Assembly (NCBI GenBank): GCA_035763205.1
Contig: DASUBP010000032.1
Span: 1-51,425 of the forward strand
From: Gemmatimonadales bacterium
Lineage (GTDB): Bacteria > Gemmatimonadota > Gemmatimonadetes > Gemmatimonadales > GWC2-71-9
Reading direction: 5' to 3'
DNA length: 51,425 nucleotides
The position numbers and the translations under genes were made by a program. Each line of letters opens with the position of its first letter. The stretch's first letter is position 1. Shown piece by piece: positions 1 to 8,519 of this stretch. A model generated the notes under the pieces. The model did not search any database. It worked only from the letters and a program-made list of their open reading frames with translations, and had not been told where the DNA came from.

Positions 1-4
1 CCAC

Positions 5-30
5 GTAACCCTTTCGGCCCACCCTGTGTC
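5..30 (+). promoter_or_regulatory. candidate ECF-type promoter (GTAAC-N18-GTC) upstream of the first sigma-factor gene
   Basis: GTAAC at 5-9 and GTC at 28-30, about 42 nt upstream of GTG 73. It resembles the AAC / GT(C/T) pattern of autoregulated ECF promoters. This is a motif match only, and the window edge truncates the context. Confidence 0.2.
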
Positions 31-72
31 CCATCCCAGTGAAGCCCGGAAGCACCCGTCACCCGGAGCCCC

Positions 73-615
73 GTGGACGACCGTGAATTGATCGCCAGAG
101 TCCGCGCCGGAGACCCGGCGGCGGAGCGGGCGCTGTACGACGCGCATGTCGACCGCGTCTACCGGCTGTCGTATCGCATGGCCGGCGACGACGACCTCGC
201 GCGCGACTTCACCCAGGAGACGTTCATCCGCGCCTTCGAGCGACTGGACACGTTCCGCGGTGAGTCGGCCTTCTCCACCTGGCTCCACAGCATCGCGACC
301 ACGGTGGCCCTGAACGGTCTCCGGAAGCTGAAGCGGTTCCGGAAGCGCGAGACGGACATCGAGGAAGCGGACGGCGTCACGGCGAGCCGGGCGAACGCGG
401 AACCGGATCTGAAGAAACGGCTGGCGCAGGCGATCGATGCGCTGCCGGAGGGATACCGGACGGTGTTCCTGCTGCACGACGTGGAAGGGTACACGCACGA
501 AGAGATCGGCGCCGCGCTCGCCATCGAGTCCGGCACCTCGAAGGCCCAGTTATCACGAGCCCGGGCGAAGCTCAGAATCGCTCTGGCCGATTTTGCGGGA
601 GAATGGATCGGATGA
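73..615 (+). CDS. RNA polymerase ECF-type sigma-70 family sigma factor
   Basis: 180 aa. Region 2 (DFTQETFIRAFERLDTFRGESAFSTWLHSIA) and region 4 HTH (YTHEEIGAALAIESGTSKAQLSRARAKLR) are typical of ECF sigma factors. GTG start. Confidence 0.9.
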   Translation: MDDRELIARVRAGDPAAERALYDAHVDRVYRLSYRMAGDDDLARDFTQETFIRAFERLDTFRGESAFSTWLHSIATTVALNGLRKLKRFRKRETDIEEADGVTASRANAEPDLKKRLAQAIDALPEGYRTVFLLHDVEGYTHEEIGAALAIESGTSKAQLSRARAKLRIALADFAGEWIG

Positions 616-1229
616 ACGAGAACCGGGAAGACCGTTTCGAGCAGGAGCTCAAGCGCATGGCACAGGACTATCACCGTCCGCCCGAGACCCCGCGCGATGA
701 AATGTGGGCACGGATCACGGCGGAGCGCGCCCGGCGGCGCGAGTCCATGAAGGTGGTTCCGCTCCGCCGTTGGATGGCCTGGAGCCTCGCCGCCGCCGCG
801 GTCCTGGTGCTCGGCGTCGCCATCGGCCGCTGGAGCATGAACGTGAAGGAGAAGAACCCCGGACCGCGGAACGAGGAGATGGCGTACCGCGCTGCTGCGG
901 CGCCCTATCTCACCCGGACCGAAGCGCTGCTCACCAGTTTCCGCGCCGAGTCGCGGAATGGGAAAGTGGACGCCGACTTCGCCGTCCAGGCGCAGGACCT
1001 GCTCGTCACGACGCGCCTGATGCTGAACTCCCCTGCCGCCAGGGACCCCCGCCTCGCGAGCCTCCTGCAGGATCTCGAGACGATGCTGGTGCAAATCGCC
1101 CAGCTCCCGGCCGGCAACGACCGGAATGATGTCGATCTGATCAATCAAGGACTCGATCAACGAAGCGTGATGCTCCGGCTGCGGACCATCGGTCCCACGC
1201 CGGGCACTTCTCACAGAGGAGCACTCTAA
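603..1229 (+). CDS. putative anti-sigma factor (single-pass membrane protein)
   Basis: 208 aa. It overlaps the sigma gene stop and has one hydrophobic segment (WMAWSLAAAAVLVLGVAIG) after a charged N-terminus. The position directly downstream of an ECF sigma gene supports the call. An in-frame ATG at 612 is an alternative start. Confidence 0.6.
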   Translation: MDRMNENREDRFEQELKRMAQDYHRPPETPRDEMWARITAERARRRESMKVVPLRRWMAWSLAAAAVLVLGVAIGRWSMNVKEKNPGPRNEEMAYRAAAAPYLTRTEALLTSFRAESRNGKVDADFAVQAQDLLVTTRLMLNSPAARDPRLASLLQDLETMLVQIAQLPAGNDRNDVDLINQGLDQRSVMLRLRTIGPTPGTSHRGAL

Positions 1230-2773
1230 TGATTTCCCTGCATCTCCTGCTCACGGCCGCCACTTTCATCCAGACGCCGGTCGGGGCGCCGGTGCCTCCG
1301 GTCCCGCTGACGGCCGTCGCGGCGGTCGCGCCGGCCCTGGCTCAGGCGAGGGCCGCGCTCGACATCGCGCGAGCACAGGTTGCTCCGCTGAGCCGGGTCT
1401 ACCCGAGCATCGCCATGGCCTACGCCGGGCACGCCCGAGCCTATGCCGCGCTGGCGCGCGATCAAGTGCGCGCCGCGCGGTGGGCCACCAGGGCTCCCGT
1501 GGGCGAGTACACGGATGATCCCGGTGACTCGCTCTACAATGCCGCGCGGTCGCTGTTGAACCGCGCCCGGTACAATGAAGCCGCGAGCGCGTTCGCCGAC
1601 CTGGCGAAGCGGTATCCCAAGTCGCGGTACGCGCCCGATTCCTACTATTGGCAGGCGTTCTCGCTCTACAAGACCGGTGACGCCTCCAAGCTCAAGCAAG
1701 CCCGGTCCGTGCTCGAGTATCAGCAACAGCATTTCCCCGACGCCGCGACCCACGGGGATGCCGACGCCCTCTATGCCCAGATCCAGGGTGCGCTGGCCCG
1801 TCAGGGTGACGGCCCCGCGGGTGAGTGGGTGCAGAAACATGCGAGCCAGGCGGACGCCGAGCGTCCGACCACGAGCGGGAGCTGCGCGTCGAGCGACGAT
1901 GACGACGACGATCCCCGGATCGCGGCGCTCAACGCCCTGCTCCAGATGGACGCCGACCGCGCCGTGCCGGTGCTGAAGAAGGTTCTGGAGCGCCGCGACC
2001 CCTGTTCCGTGTCCCTGCGGCGCAAGGCGATCTTCATCATCTCGCAGCAGCACACCGCGGAGACCGAAGACATCCTCCTTGGCGCCGCCCGGAACGATCC
2101 GGACGAAGACGTGCGCGAACAGGCGGTGTTCTGGCTCTCGCAGGTGGGGACCGCCAAGGCCACGGCGGCCCTGGACTCGATCCTTCTGAACTCGACGAAC
2201 ACCGAGCTCCAGGACAAGGCGATCTTCGCGCTGTCCCAGATCGATTCCCCCGAAGCCTCCAAGGCGATCCGGGATTACGCCGAGCGGCCCGGCGCGCCGG
2301 TCGAGGCGCGGGGCAAGGCCATCTTCTGGCTCTCGCAGCAGCATGACGGTGCCAACGCGGCCTATCTCCGCGCGCTGTACGGGCGCCTGACCGACGACGA
2401 CCTCAAGGACAAGACGATCTTCGCCATTTCGCAGCTCGGCGGTGCCGACAACACGAATTGGCTCGTCGACCTCGCGGCCAACAAGCAGGAGTCGGTCGAG
2501 ATGCGGAAGAAGGCCCTGTTCTGGGCCGGACAGTCGAACGAAGTGTCCCTCGATCGGCTCACCGGTCTGTACGACCGGATGGACGACCGCGACATGAAGG
2601 AGCAGATGATCTTCGTCTACTCCCAGCGGCACGAAGGGGCGGCACTCGACAAGCTGATCGACATCGCGAAGCACGACACCGATCCCGAGCTCCGCAAGAA
2701 GGCCATCTTCTGGATCGGTCAGTCCCACGATCCCAAAGCCGCCCAGTACCTGCAGGAGGTCATCAGTCAATGA
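1229..2773 (+). CDS. TPR/HEAT-repeat protein (PBS-lyase-like HEAT repeats)
   Basis: 514 aa. The N-terminus is hydrophobic. A YbgF-like TPR segment (YNEAASAFADLAKRYPKSRYAPDSYYWQAFSLYKTGD) is followed by 9 repeats of about 31-32 aa, each carrying a [KQ]A[IVL]F[WAI][LI][SG]Q motif. TAATG overlap with the upstream gene. Confidence 0.8.
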   Translation: MISLHLLLTAATFIQTPVGAPVPPVPLTAVAAVAPALAQARAALDIARAQVAPLSRVYPSIAMAYAGHARAYAALARDQVRAARWATRAPVGEYTDDPGDSLYNAARSLLNRARYNEAASAFADLAKRYPKSRYAPDSYYWQAFSLYKTGDASKLKQARSVLEYQQQHFPDAATHGDADALYAQIQGALARQGDGPAGEWVQKHASQADAERPTTSGSCASSDDDDDDPRIAALNALLQMDADRAVPVLKKVLERRDPCSVSLRRKAIFIISQQHTAETEDILLGAARNDPDEDVREQAVFWLSQVGTAKATAALDSILLNSTNTELQDKAIFALSQIDSPEASKAIRDYAERPGAPVEARGKAIFWLSQQHDGANAAYLRALYGRLTDDDLKDKTIFAISQLGGADNTNWLVDLAANKQESVEMRKKALFWAGQSNEVSLDRLTGLYDRMDDRDMKEQMIFVYSQRHEGAALDKLIDIAKHDTDPELRKKAIFWIGQSHDPKAAQYLQEVISQ

Positions 2774-3573
2774 TCCGGGCCCTCGCGGCCCTGGGCGCGG
2801 CGCTCCTGGTCGGGAGCGCCGCTGCCGCTCAGGGCATCAGCCACCGGGTGAGTGCCGCCCCGGACGGCAAAGTTCGCATGACGTTCGCGTCCCGCCCCGG
2901 CGTCTGCGGGAACGGCTCCAACGACATCTCGATGGATTGTGAGGACGGGAACTGCGGGAATCACAACACGTATTCGCGGGACGACCACGACGTGGACGTG
3001 ACGACCTGCCCCTGCGAAGAAGGACCCGTTCGCCTCGTCTTGCGGGTGTCGGGCGGCAAGGTGACGCGCATCCGCGCCTACGTCGGGGGGGAATGGAAAC
3101 CCGCGGAGGCCGGTACTACCGACCTGGGAGTCGTGGGGGACAAGGATGCGGTCGCCTACTTGCTCGATCTGGCGCGCACGTCTTCGAGCCACATTGGAGA
3201 GGAGGCGATCTTCCCAGCCACGCTCGCCGATTCGGTGAACGTCTGGCCCGACCTGTTCAAGATCGCGCGAAGTGACGAGGTCCCGGCGCAAACCAGGAAG
3301 TCGGCGGTCTTCTGGATCGGCCAGGCCGCCGGGGAGACGGTCACCAAGGGTCTCGACTCGCTCGCCCAGGGCAGCGACGTGGACCGTGAGGTTCGGGAGT
3401 CGGCGGTATTCGCGCTCTCGCAGCAGCGGAACGACGTCGGCGTGCCGGCCCTGATCTCCATCGCCAGGACCAACAAGGATCCGGACATCCGCAAGAAGGC
3501 CATCTTCTGGCTGGGACAGTCCAACGATCCTCGGGCCCTCGCGCTCTTCGAGGAGCTTCTCACCAGGAAGTAA
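2770..3573 (+). CDS. secreted HEAT-repeat protein (paralogous C-terminus to the upstream gene)
   Basis: The ATG at 2770 forms an ATGA overlap with the upstream stop. Signal-peptide-like MIRALAALGAALLVGSAAAAQG. Three C-terminal repeats carry SAVFWIGQ / SAVFALSQ / KAIFWLGQ. The longer ORF from 2458 overlaps the previous gene and was not used. Confidence 0.75.
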   Translation: MIRALAALGAALLVGSAAAAQGISHRVSAAPDGKVRMTFASRPGVCGNGSNDISMDCEDGNCGNHNTYSRDDHDVDVTTCPCEEGPVRLVLRVSGGKVTRIRAYVGGEWKPAEAGTTDLGVVGDKDAVAYLLDLARTSSSHIGEEAIFPATLADSVNVWPDLFKIARSDEVPAQTRKSAVFWIGQAAGETVTKGLDSLAQGSDVDREVRESAVFALSQQRNDVGVPALISIARTNKDPDIRKKAIFWLGQSNDPRALALFEELLTRK

Positions 3574-3590
3574 CCGGCACTCCGGCGCGG

Positions 3591-3631
3591 GGGGTGAACC
3601 GTTCGTCCCGTCGGGACCGCGGTTCATCCCC
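3591..3631 (+). terminator. long GC-rich hairpin downstream of the HEAT-repeat genes (no U-tract)
   Basis: GGGGTGAACCG (3591-3601) pairs with CGGTTCATCCCC (3620-3631) with one bulge. An inner stem GTCCC/GGGAC lies at 3605-3609/3613-3617. The hairpin begins 18 nt after the stop at 3573. Confidence 0.45.
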
Positions 3632-3703
3632 ACTCGCCCTTCCGCTCACACGTTGCTGACTTCCGCGTGCAACCAAGTTGCCGGGTTGGACGTCCGACCT
3701 CGT

Positions 3704-6391
3704 ATGCTCGCTCTCCTCCTGCTGCTTCAGGGCCCCCAGACCCAGAAGCCCACGCTGCCGTCTTCGCCCGTCGACTCCAGTGCCCTTCGGCACTCCAATG
3801 GTCTCGTCCCCCCCATGGCCTTTGGCGTTCGCGTGCAGCAGGCGCCCGCCATGGACGGCAAGCTCGACGATCCGCTTTGGGCGACGGCCACCGCGGTCAC
3901 CGACTTCCGGCAGGTCGATCCCCATGAGGGGCAGCCCGCGTCGGAGCGCACCGAGGTGCGGGTGCTCTACACCGACGACGCCCTCTACATCGGCATCCGG
4001 GCGTGGGACGACTCGGCGTCGAAGATCGCGCACCACCTGGGCCGTCGGGACACCTTCACACAGAGCGACGACTTCCGCGTCCTGATCGACAGCTACCACG
4101 ACCACCGCACCGCCTTTCGCTTCGACATCACGCCCACCGGCGTAAAGGGCGACATCCAGTTCGGCGATGACGGCAACTTCGCCGATCAATCCTGGGACCC
4201 GGTGTGGACGGCGGTCACGTCGATCGATTCACTGGGGTGGACCGCGGAGGAGAAGATCCCATTCTCCCAGCTGCGCTTCTCCCGCGCCACCGACCAGATC
4301 TGGGGCATCCGCTTCGTTCGCACCATTCTCCGGAAGAACGAGTTCGATCTGTTTCCCTTCGTCGGAAAGACGGAAAACGGATTCGTGTCGCGCTTCGCGC
4401 ATTTGGGCGGTCTCAAGAACATTCCGGCGCCCCGCCGTCTCGAGCTGCTTCCCTACACGTCGGGGTCCGGAACCTTCCAGCCTCAGGGTCCCGTCGGCAA
4501 TCCGTTCTCGAAGACGAGCGCCTATTCGGGGAATGCCGGCCTCGATTTGAAATACGGCGTCAGCTCGTTCTTGACCCTCGACGCCACCATCAATCCGGAT
4601 TTCGGACAGGTCGAGCTCGACCCGGCGTTCGTGAACCTCACGGCGTTCGAGCAGTTCCTGCCCGAGCATCGGCCCTTCTTCGTGGAAGGCGCGGACATCT
4701 TCAACTTCGGCGGCGGGTCCGGTGGGCTCGCGAACTTCGGCTCCACCCCCCGGTTCTTCTATTCGCGGCGCATCGGGCGCCGGCCTCAGGGTGACACGTA
4801 TTCGTCCGGCGATTTCGTGGACTATCCCGCCAATACCTCCATCCTCGGTGCCGCCAAGCTGACCGGGAAAACGCCTTCGGGGTGGTCGGTGGGGTTCCTG
4901 GATGCGGTCACCTCCGAGGAGAAGGCGTCGGTGCTGGATACGACGAGTCACTTGACGGCGCGCGATCTGGTCGAGCCGCTGTCGAACTTCATGGTGGGCC
5001 GGGTGCGGAGGACGCTCAACGGCGGCCGATCGAGCTACGGGGGAATGATCACGGCCGTGAATCGGGACCTCGCGGTTCCCTCGCTCCGCGGCCTGAATTC
5101 GGGGGCGTACACCTTCGGCGTCGATACGAAGCAGCTCTGGTCCCGGAACACGTACGCGCTCGCCGCCGACGTCGGCGGCTCGTACATCACCGGTGATACG
5201 ACGGCGATCCAGGACGCTCAGTTCTCGTCGGGGCGCTACTACCAGCGGCCCGACGCGCGCGCATTCCACTATGATCCGACCCGGACGTCCCTGGCCGGCT
5301 TCAACGGCAACGTCTACCTGGACAAGTTGGCGGGCACGTGGCTCTGGGGGTCCGCGATCTCCACTTCTTCCCCGGGATTCGAGGTGAACGATCTCGGATT
5401 CCAGCCGCGGGTGGACCGGATCTCCGGCTACGCGTACCTCGCCCGGCATCAGACGACGCCGGGACCGCTGTTCCGGGAATCGTGGGCGGTGCTGACGGTG
5501 GGACCTTCGTGGAACTACGACGGGAATCCCATCCAGAAGGCCGTGACGGCCAGCTACTTCGGCAATCTCAACAACTTCTGGTTCCTCCAGGTGCAGGGGA
5601 ACTACGGGGCGCAGGTGGTCGATGACCGCCTGACCCGCGGTGGGCCCCTCGCCCTGGCGCCGGCGTTCTGGAACGGGTTCGCGATGATCCAGACCAATCA
5701 GAGCAAGGCGTTCACGGCGATGGTCATGGGGTCGTACAACAAGGACAACGCCGGGAGCTGGCAGTTCAACGTCAGCCCGCAACTGGGGTATCGCGCCTCC
5801 AGCGCCCTGAACTTCTCGATCACACCGAATTTCACCGTGGGTCCCACGGCGGCCCAGTACGTGCAGGCAGTGACCGACTCCACCGCCGGCAGCACCTTCG
5901 GGTCCCGGTACGTCTTCGCCCAGCTGTTCCAGCATGAGTTCGACGTAACCTTGCGGGTCAGCGCCACCGTGTCCCCAAACCTGTCACTCGAAGTATTCGC
6001 CCAGCCGTTCAGCTTCACGGGATCCTACGGCGGGTTCAAGGAGCTGGCCCAACCCAAGACGTTCGCGTTCAACCGGTACGGGGAAAACGGGACGTCGATC
6101 AATTTCAACCCCACGGATTCGCTCTACCACGTCTTCCCCAACGCTGCGCAGCCGGCGGACTCTTTCACGTTCGCGAACCCCGATTTCCGCACCCGGTCCG
6201 TTCGCATCAACGCGGTACTGCGGTGGGAGTACCGGCCCGGATCGACGCTGTTCATAGTCTGGACCCAGAGCCGCGGGGGGATGTTCTCCGATCCCACGTT
6301 CGACATCGGCCGGGACTTCGATCATCAGTTGTTCCAGGATCCGCCGACCAACGTGCTGCTCGTCAAGCTGAATTACTGGATGAGCCTGTAA
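3704..6391 (+). CDS. DUF5916 / carbohydrate-binding family 9-like outer-membrane-associated protein
   Basis: The N-terminal motif MDGKLDDPLWATATAVTDFRQVDPHEGQPASERTEVRVLYTDDALYIGIRAWD is characteristic of the CBM9-like/DUF5916 family. The C-terminal part is long and beta-rich. ATG 3704 was preferred over TTG 3653. Confidence 0.75.
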   Translation: MLALLLLLQGPQTQKPTLPSSPVDSSALRHSNGLVPPMAFGVRVQQAPAMDGKLDDPLWATATAVTDFRQVDPHEGQPASERTEVRVLYTDDALYIGIRAWDDSASKIAHHLGRRDTFTQSDDFRVLIDSYHDHRTAFRFDITPTGVKGDIQFGDDGNFADQSWDPVWTAVTSIDSLGWTAEEKIPFSQLRFSRATDQIWGIRFVRTILRKNEFDLFPFVGKTENGFVSRFAHLGGLKNIPAPRRLELLPYTSGSGTFQPQGPVGNPFSKTSAYSGNAGLDLKYGVSSFLTLDATINPDFGQVELDPAFVNLTAFEQFLPEHRPFFVEGADIFNFGGGSGGLANFGSTPRFFYSRRIGRRPQGDTYSSGDFVDYPANTSILGAAKLTGKTPSGWSVGFLDAVTSEEKASVLDTTSHLTARDLVEPLSNFMVGRVRRTLNGGRSSYGGMITAVNRDLAVPSLRGLNSGAYTFGVDTKQLWSRNTYALAADVGGSYITGDTTAIQDAQFSSGRYYQRPDARAFHYDPTRTSLAGFNGNVYLDKLAGTWLWGSAISTSSPGFEVNDLGFQPRVDRISGYAYLARHQTTPGPLFRESWAVLTVGPSWNYDGNPIQKAVTASYFGNLNNFWFLQVQGNYGAQVVDDRLTRGGPLALAPAFWNGFAMIQTNQSKAFTAMVMGSYNKDNAGSWQFNVSPQLGYRASSALNFSITPNFTVGPTAAQYVQAVTDSTAGSTFGSRYVFAQLFQHEFDVTLRVSATVSPNLSLEVFAQPFSFTGSYGGFKELAQPKTFAFNRYGENGTSINFNPTDSLYHVFPNAAQPADSFTFANPDFRTRSVRINAVLRWEYRPGSTLFIVWTQSRGGMFSDPTFDIGRDFDHQLFQDPPTNVLLVKLNYWMSL

Positions 6392-6392
6392 A

Positions 6393-6500
6393 CGGGAGCC
6401 GGGAGCCGAGAGTCGTCGCAGTCCAGGATATGGAAGCTCCGCCATCCATGAGGAGCTTCCCTTCGCCCCGACTCAGACGGCTCCCGACTCCCGACTCCCG
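6393..6500. repeat. composite palindromic intergenic element built from 7-nt tandem units around a perfect 9-bp hairpin
   Basis: Left array GGGAGCC GGGAGCC GAGAGTC (6394-6414). Right array GACTCAG..GGCTCCC GACTCCC GACTCCC (6470-6499). Inner hairpin GGAAGCTCC (6432-6440) / GGAGCTTCC (6452-6460). Confidence 0.7.
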
Positions 6501-6514
6501 TATATTTGTTCCCC

Positions 6515-7111
6515 ATGCCCTCGGCCCGTCATGCCTTCAAGATTTCTCTGTCCCTCGCACTCCTTCTCGCCGCCGGCTGGGCCGCGGTGGTGATCGACGT
6601 CTTGATCACGGGCTCCCGTGAGGGCGCCGCACCGGCGGACGCCATCGCCGTGCTCGGCGCGGCGCAGTACAACGGGAAGCCGTCACCGGTGTTCAAGGCT
6701 CGGCTCGAGAAGGCGGCCTGGTTGTACCGCTCGGGAAAAGCGCCGGTGATCCTGGTGACGGGTGGGATCGGGAACCGGGACACGGTGAGCGAGGCGGAGG
6801 TGGGCCGGCGCTATCTCACCCACATCGGCCTCCCCGGAGACTCCGTGATCGCCCTCCCCGCCGCCGCGACGACGGTCTCGTCGATCGGCCAGCTTGGCGC
6901 CTGGTTCAAGGACCGGCCGAGCAAACGCGTGGACCTGGTGAGTGACGGCTTTCATCTCCTGCGCCTGCGCATCCTCGCCAATCGCCAAGGCCTCGTGCCC
7001 TTCACGTCTCCGGCCAAGGCGTCCCCCATCAGCGCGAGTCTCCGCACCAACGCCGCCTACGTCGCCGCCGAGGGATGGAAGGTCCCGGTGGCTTGGCTCT
7101 TTTATCGCTAG
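6515..7111 (+). CDS. YdcF/ElyC-family (DUF218) protein
   Basis: N-terminal TM segment, then AIAVLGAAQYNGKPSPVFKARLEKAAWLYRSGKAPVILVTGG, which is typical of DUF218. TTG 6506 is an alternative start. Confidence 0.8.
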   Translation: MPSARHAFKISLSLALLLAAGWAAVVIDVLITGSREGAAPADAIAVLGAAQYNGKPSPVFKARLEKAAWLYRSGKAPVILVTGGIGNRDTVSEAEVGRRYLTHIGLPGDSVIALPAAATTVSSIGQLGAWFKDRPSKRVDLVSDGFHLLRLRILANRQGLVPFTSPAKASPISASLRTNAAYVAAEGWKVPVAWLFYR

Positions 7112-7126
7112 GATGAGGAGTTCCTG

Positions 7127-7666
7127 ATGCAGGTCGGTACGAGACGCGTGCACACCGGCAAGGTCATCGATCTCGACGTGGACACGGTGAAGTATCCCGA
7201 CGGATCCTCCGGGGAGTTGGAGATGATCCGTCACCCCGGCGCTTCGGCGGTGGTCCCGGTGCTGTCCGATCCCGATGGGCCTGATCCGACGATCCTGTTG
7301 ATCAAGCAGTACCGCTACGCCACCGGCGGCATGCTCTGGGAGATTCCGGCGGGAAGGCTCGGGAAGGGCGAGGCACCGGTGGACTGCGCCCGCCGTGAGC
7401 TCCTGGAGGAGACGGGCATGCACGCCGGGAAGATCGAGCCCCTGATCCCGATCTGGACCACGCCGGGCTTCACGGACGAGCGCATTCATCTTTTCTGGGC
7501 GCGGGACCTGACCCCGGGCGAAATGGCGCGTGAGGCCGACGAGTTCATCGAGCTCGCCCCCCGGCCCCTGTCGCAAGTGCTGACGGCTATTCGAGATGGG
7601 GAGATCTGCGACGCCAAGACGGTGACGGCCATCCTGCTGGTAGCCGGTTTTGTGTTCGGGTTGTAG
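7127..7666 (+). CDS. NUDIX hydrolase (ADP-ribose pyrophosphatase-like)
   Basis: 179 aa with a Nudix box: GRLGKGEAPVDCARRELLEETG. Confidence 0.85.
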   Translation: MQVGTRRVHTGKVIDLDVDTVKYPDGSSGELEMIRHPGASAVVPVLSDPDGPDPTILLIKQYRYATGGMLWEIPAGRLGKGEAPVDCARRELLEETGMHAGKIEPLIPIWTTPGFTDERIHLFWARDLTPGEMAREADEFIELAPRPLSQVLTAIRDGEICDAKTVTAILLVAGFVFGL

Positions 7667-7711
7667 TCTTTCTGATGTCCACCCGGGAGGACGTGCGGCT
7701 GAAGCAGGTCT

Positions 7712-7736
7712 GTAACGTCTTCCTTAATCAAATGTT
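7712..7736 (+). promoter_or_regulatory. candidate ECF-type promoter (TGTAAC-N17-GTT) upstream of the second sigma-factor gene
   Basis: GTAAC at 7712-7716, a 17-nt spacer and GTT at 7734-7736, inside an unusually AT-rich leader. It has the same GTAAC core as the site at 5-9. Motif match only. Confidence 0.25.
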
Positions 7737-7834
7737 AATGAAGTCAAATGGGTGGTACACTTCCTGCCTCAAACTTGAGAGGAGGATTAAGCCAAGCGTT
7801 CCCTACTTTTCCGTCTGAAACCTGGGAGTACACG

Positions 7835-8479
7835 ATGCGGGCAATCCTCAAGCGGAAGACGACACCGGTCGCCACGGACCGCGCCATCGAGCGGGAGAAG
7901 CTGCACGAGCTCGATGACGGGCACGTCGTGTCCCGGCACCTCGCCGGCGACCCGCAGGCGTTCGGTACCCTGGTCGACCGGTATCAGGTCCGGCTGCTGA
8001 ATTTCGTGAACCGGACCATCGGCGATCGCGAGCGGGCGGAAGACCTGGTGCAGGAAGTGTTCATCCGGGTGTTCCGGCACATCCACCGCTTCGACCAGAC
8101 CAAGAAGTTCTCGACGTGGATTTACACGATCGCTTCCAACCTGGCGAAGAACGAGCTCCGGAACCGGAGCCGGAATCCGCTGGTGCTGTTCCAGACCATC
8201 AAGAAGAACTGGGACGCCGATCATCGGCCGTTGCAGTTCGAAGACACGACCGCGCGTCCGGACGATCTGTATCGCAAGCGCTACCTGAAGGACGCCGTGG
8301 ACTCGTGCGTGAAGGAGCTGCCCGAGCATCATCGGGCGGTATTCGTGCTGCGGGAGCTGGAAGGGCGGAGCTATCAGGAAATCGCCGAAATCACGGGCTG
8401 CAACCTGGGCACCGTGAAGAGCCGCCTCAACCGGGCCCGGAACACCTTTGCGCATCTGATCGGCCCGCAACTCGATTGA
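7835..8479 (+). CDS. RNA polymerase ECF-type sigma-70 family sigma factor
   Basis: Region 2 (EDLVQEVFIRVFRHIHRFDQTKKFSTWIYTIASN) and region 4 (RSYQEIAEITGCNLGTVKSRLNRAR). ATG 7835 was chosen. ATG 7748 is an in-frame alternative that adds 29 aa. Confidence 0.88.
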   Translation: MRAILKRKTTPVATDRAIEREKLHELDDGHVVSRHLAGDPQAFGTLVDRYQVRLLNFVNRTIGDRERAEDLVQEVFIRVFRHIHRFDQTKKFSTWIYTIASNLAKNELRNRSRNPLVLFQTIKKNWDADHRPLQFEDTTARPDDLYRKRYLKDAVDSCVKELPEHHRAVFVLRELEGRSYQEIAEITGCNLGTVKSRLNRARNTFAHLIGPQLD

Positions 8480-8519
8480 GCGACGAACCGCGGAACCACC
8501 CGCCGGCACGGGAGGTATA

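Noticed and set aside
1226-2770. 514-aa ORF on the minus strand that mirrors the 514-aa HEAT-repeat gene almost exactly
   Set aside because: It looks like a high-GC antisense shadow ORF. The translation is Arg/Gly/Pro-rich and low in complexity (RRDRRDGRQRDRRHRRPDRR) with no recognisable motifs. The plus-strand product has regular HEAT/TPR repeats and operon coupling.
3673-3688. Near-palindrome GGTTGGACGTCCGACC upstream of the DUF5916 gene
   Set aside because: Only 16 nt with two non-Watson-Crick positions, a single copy, and inside the alternative N-terminal coding extension (TTG 3653). This is too weak to call an operator.
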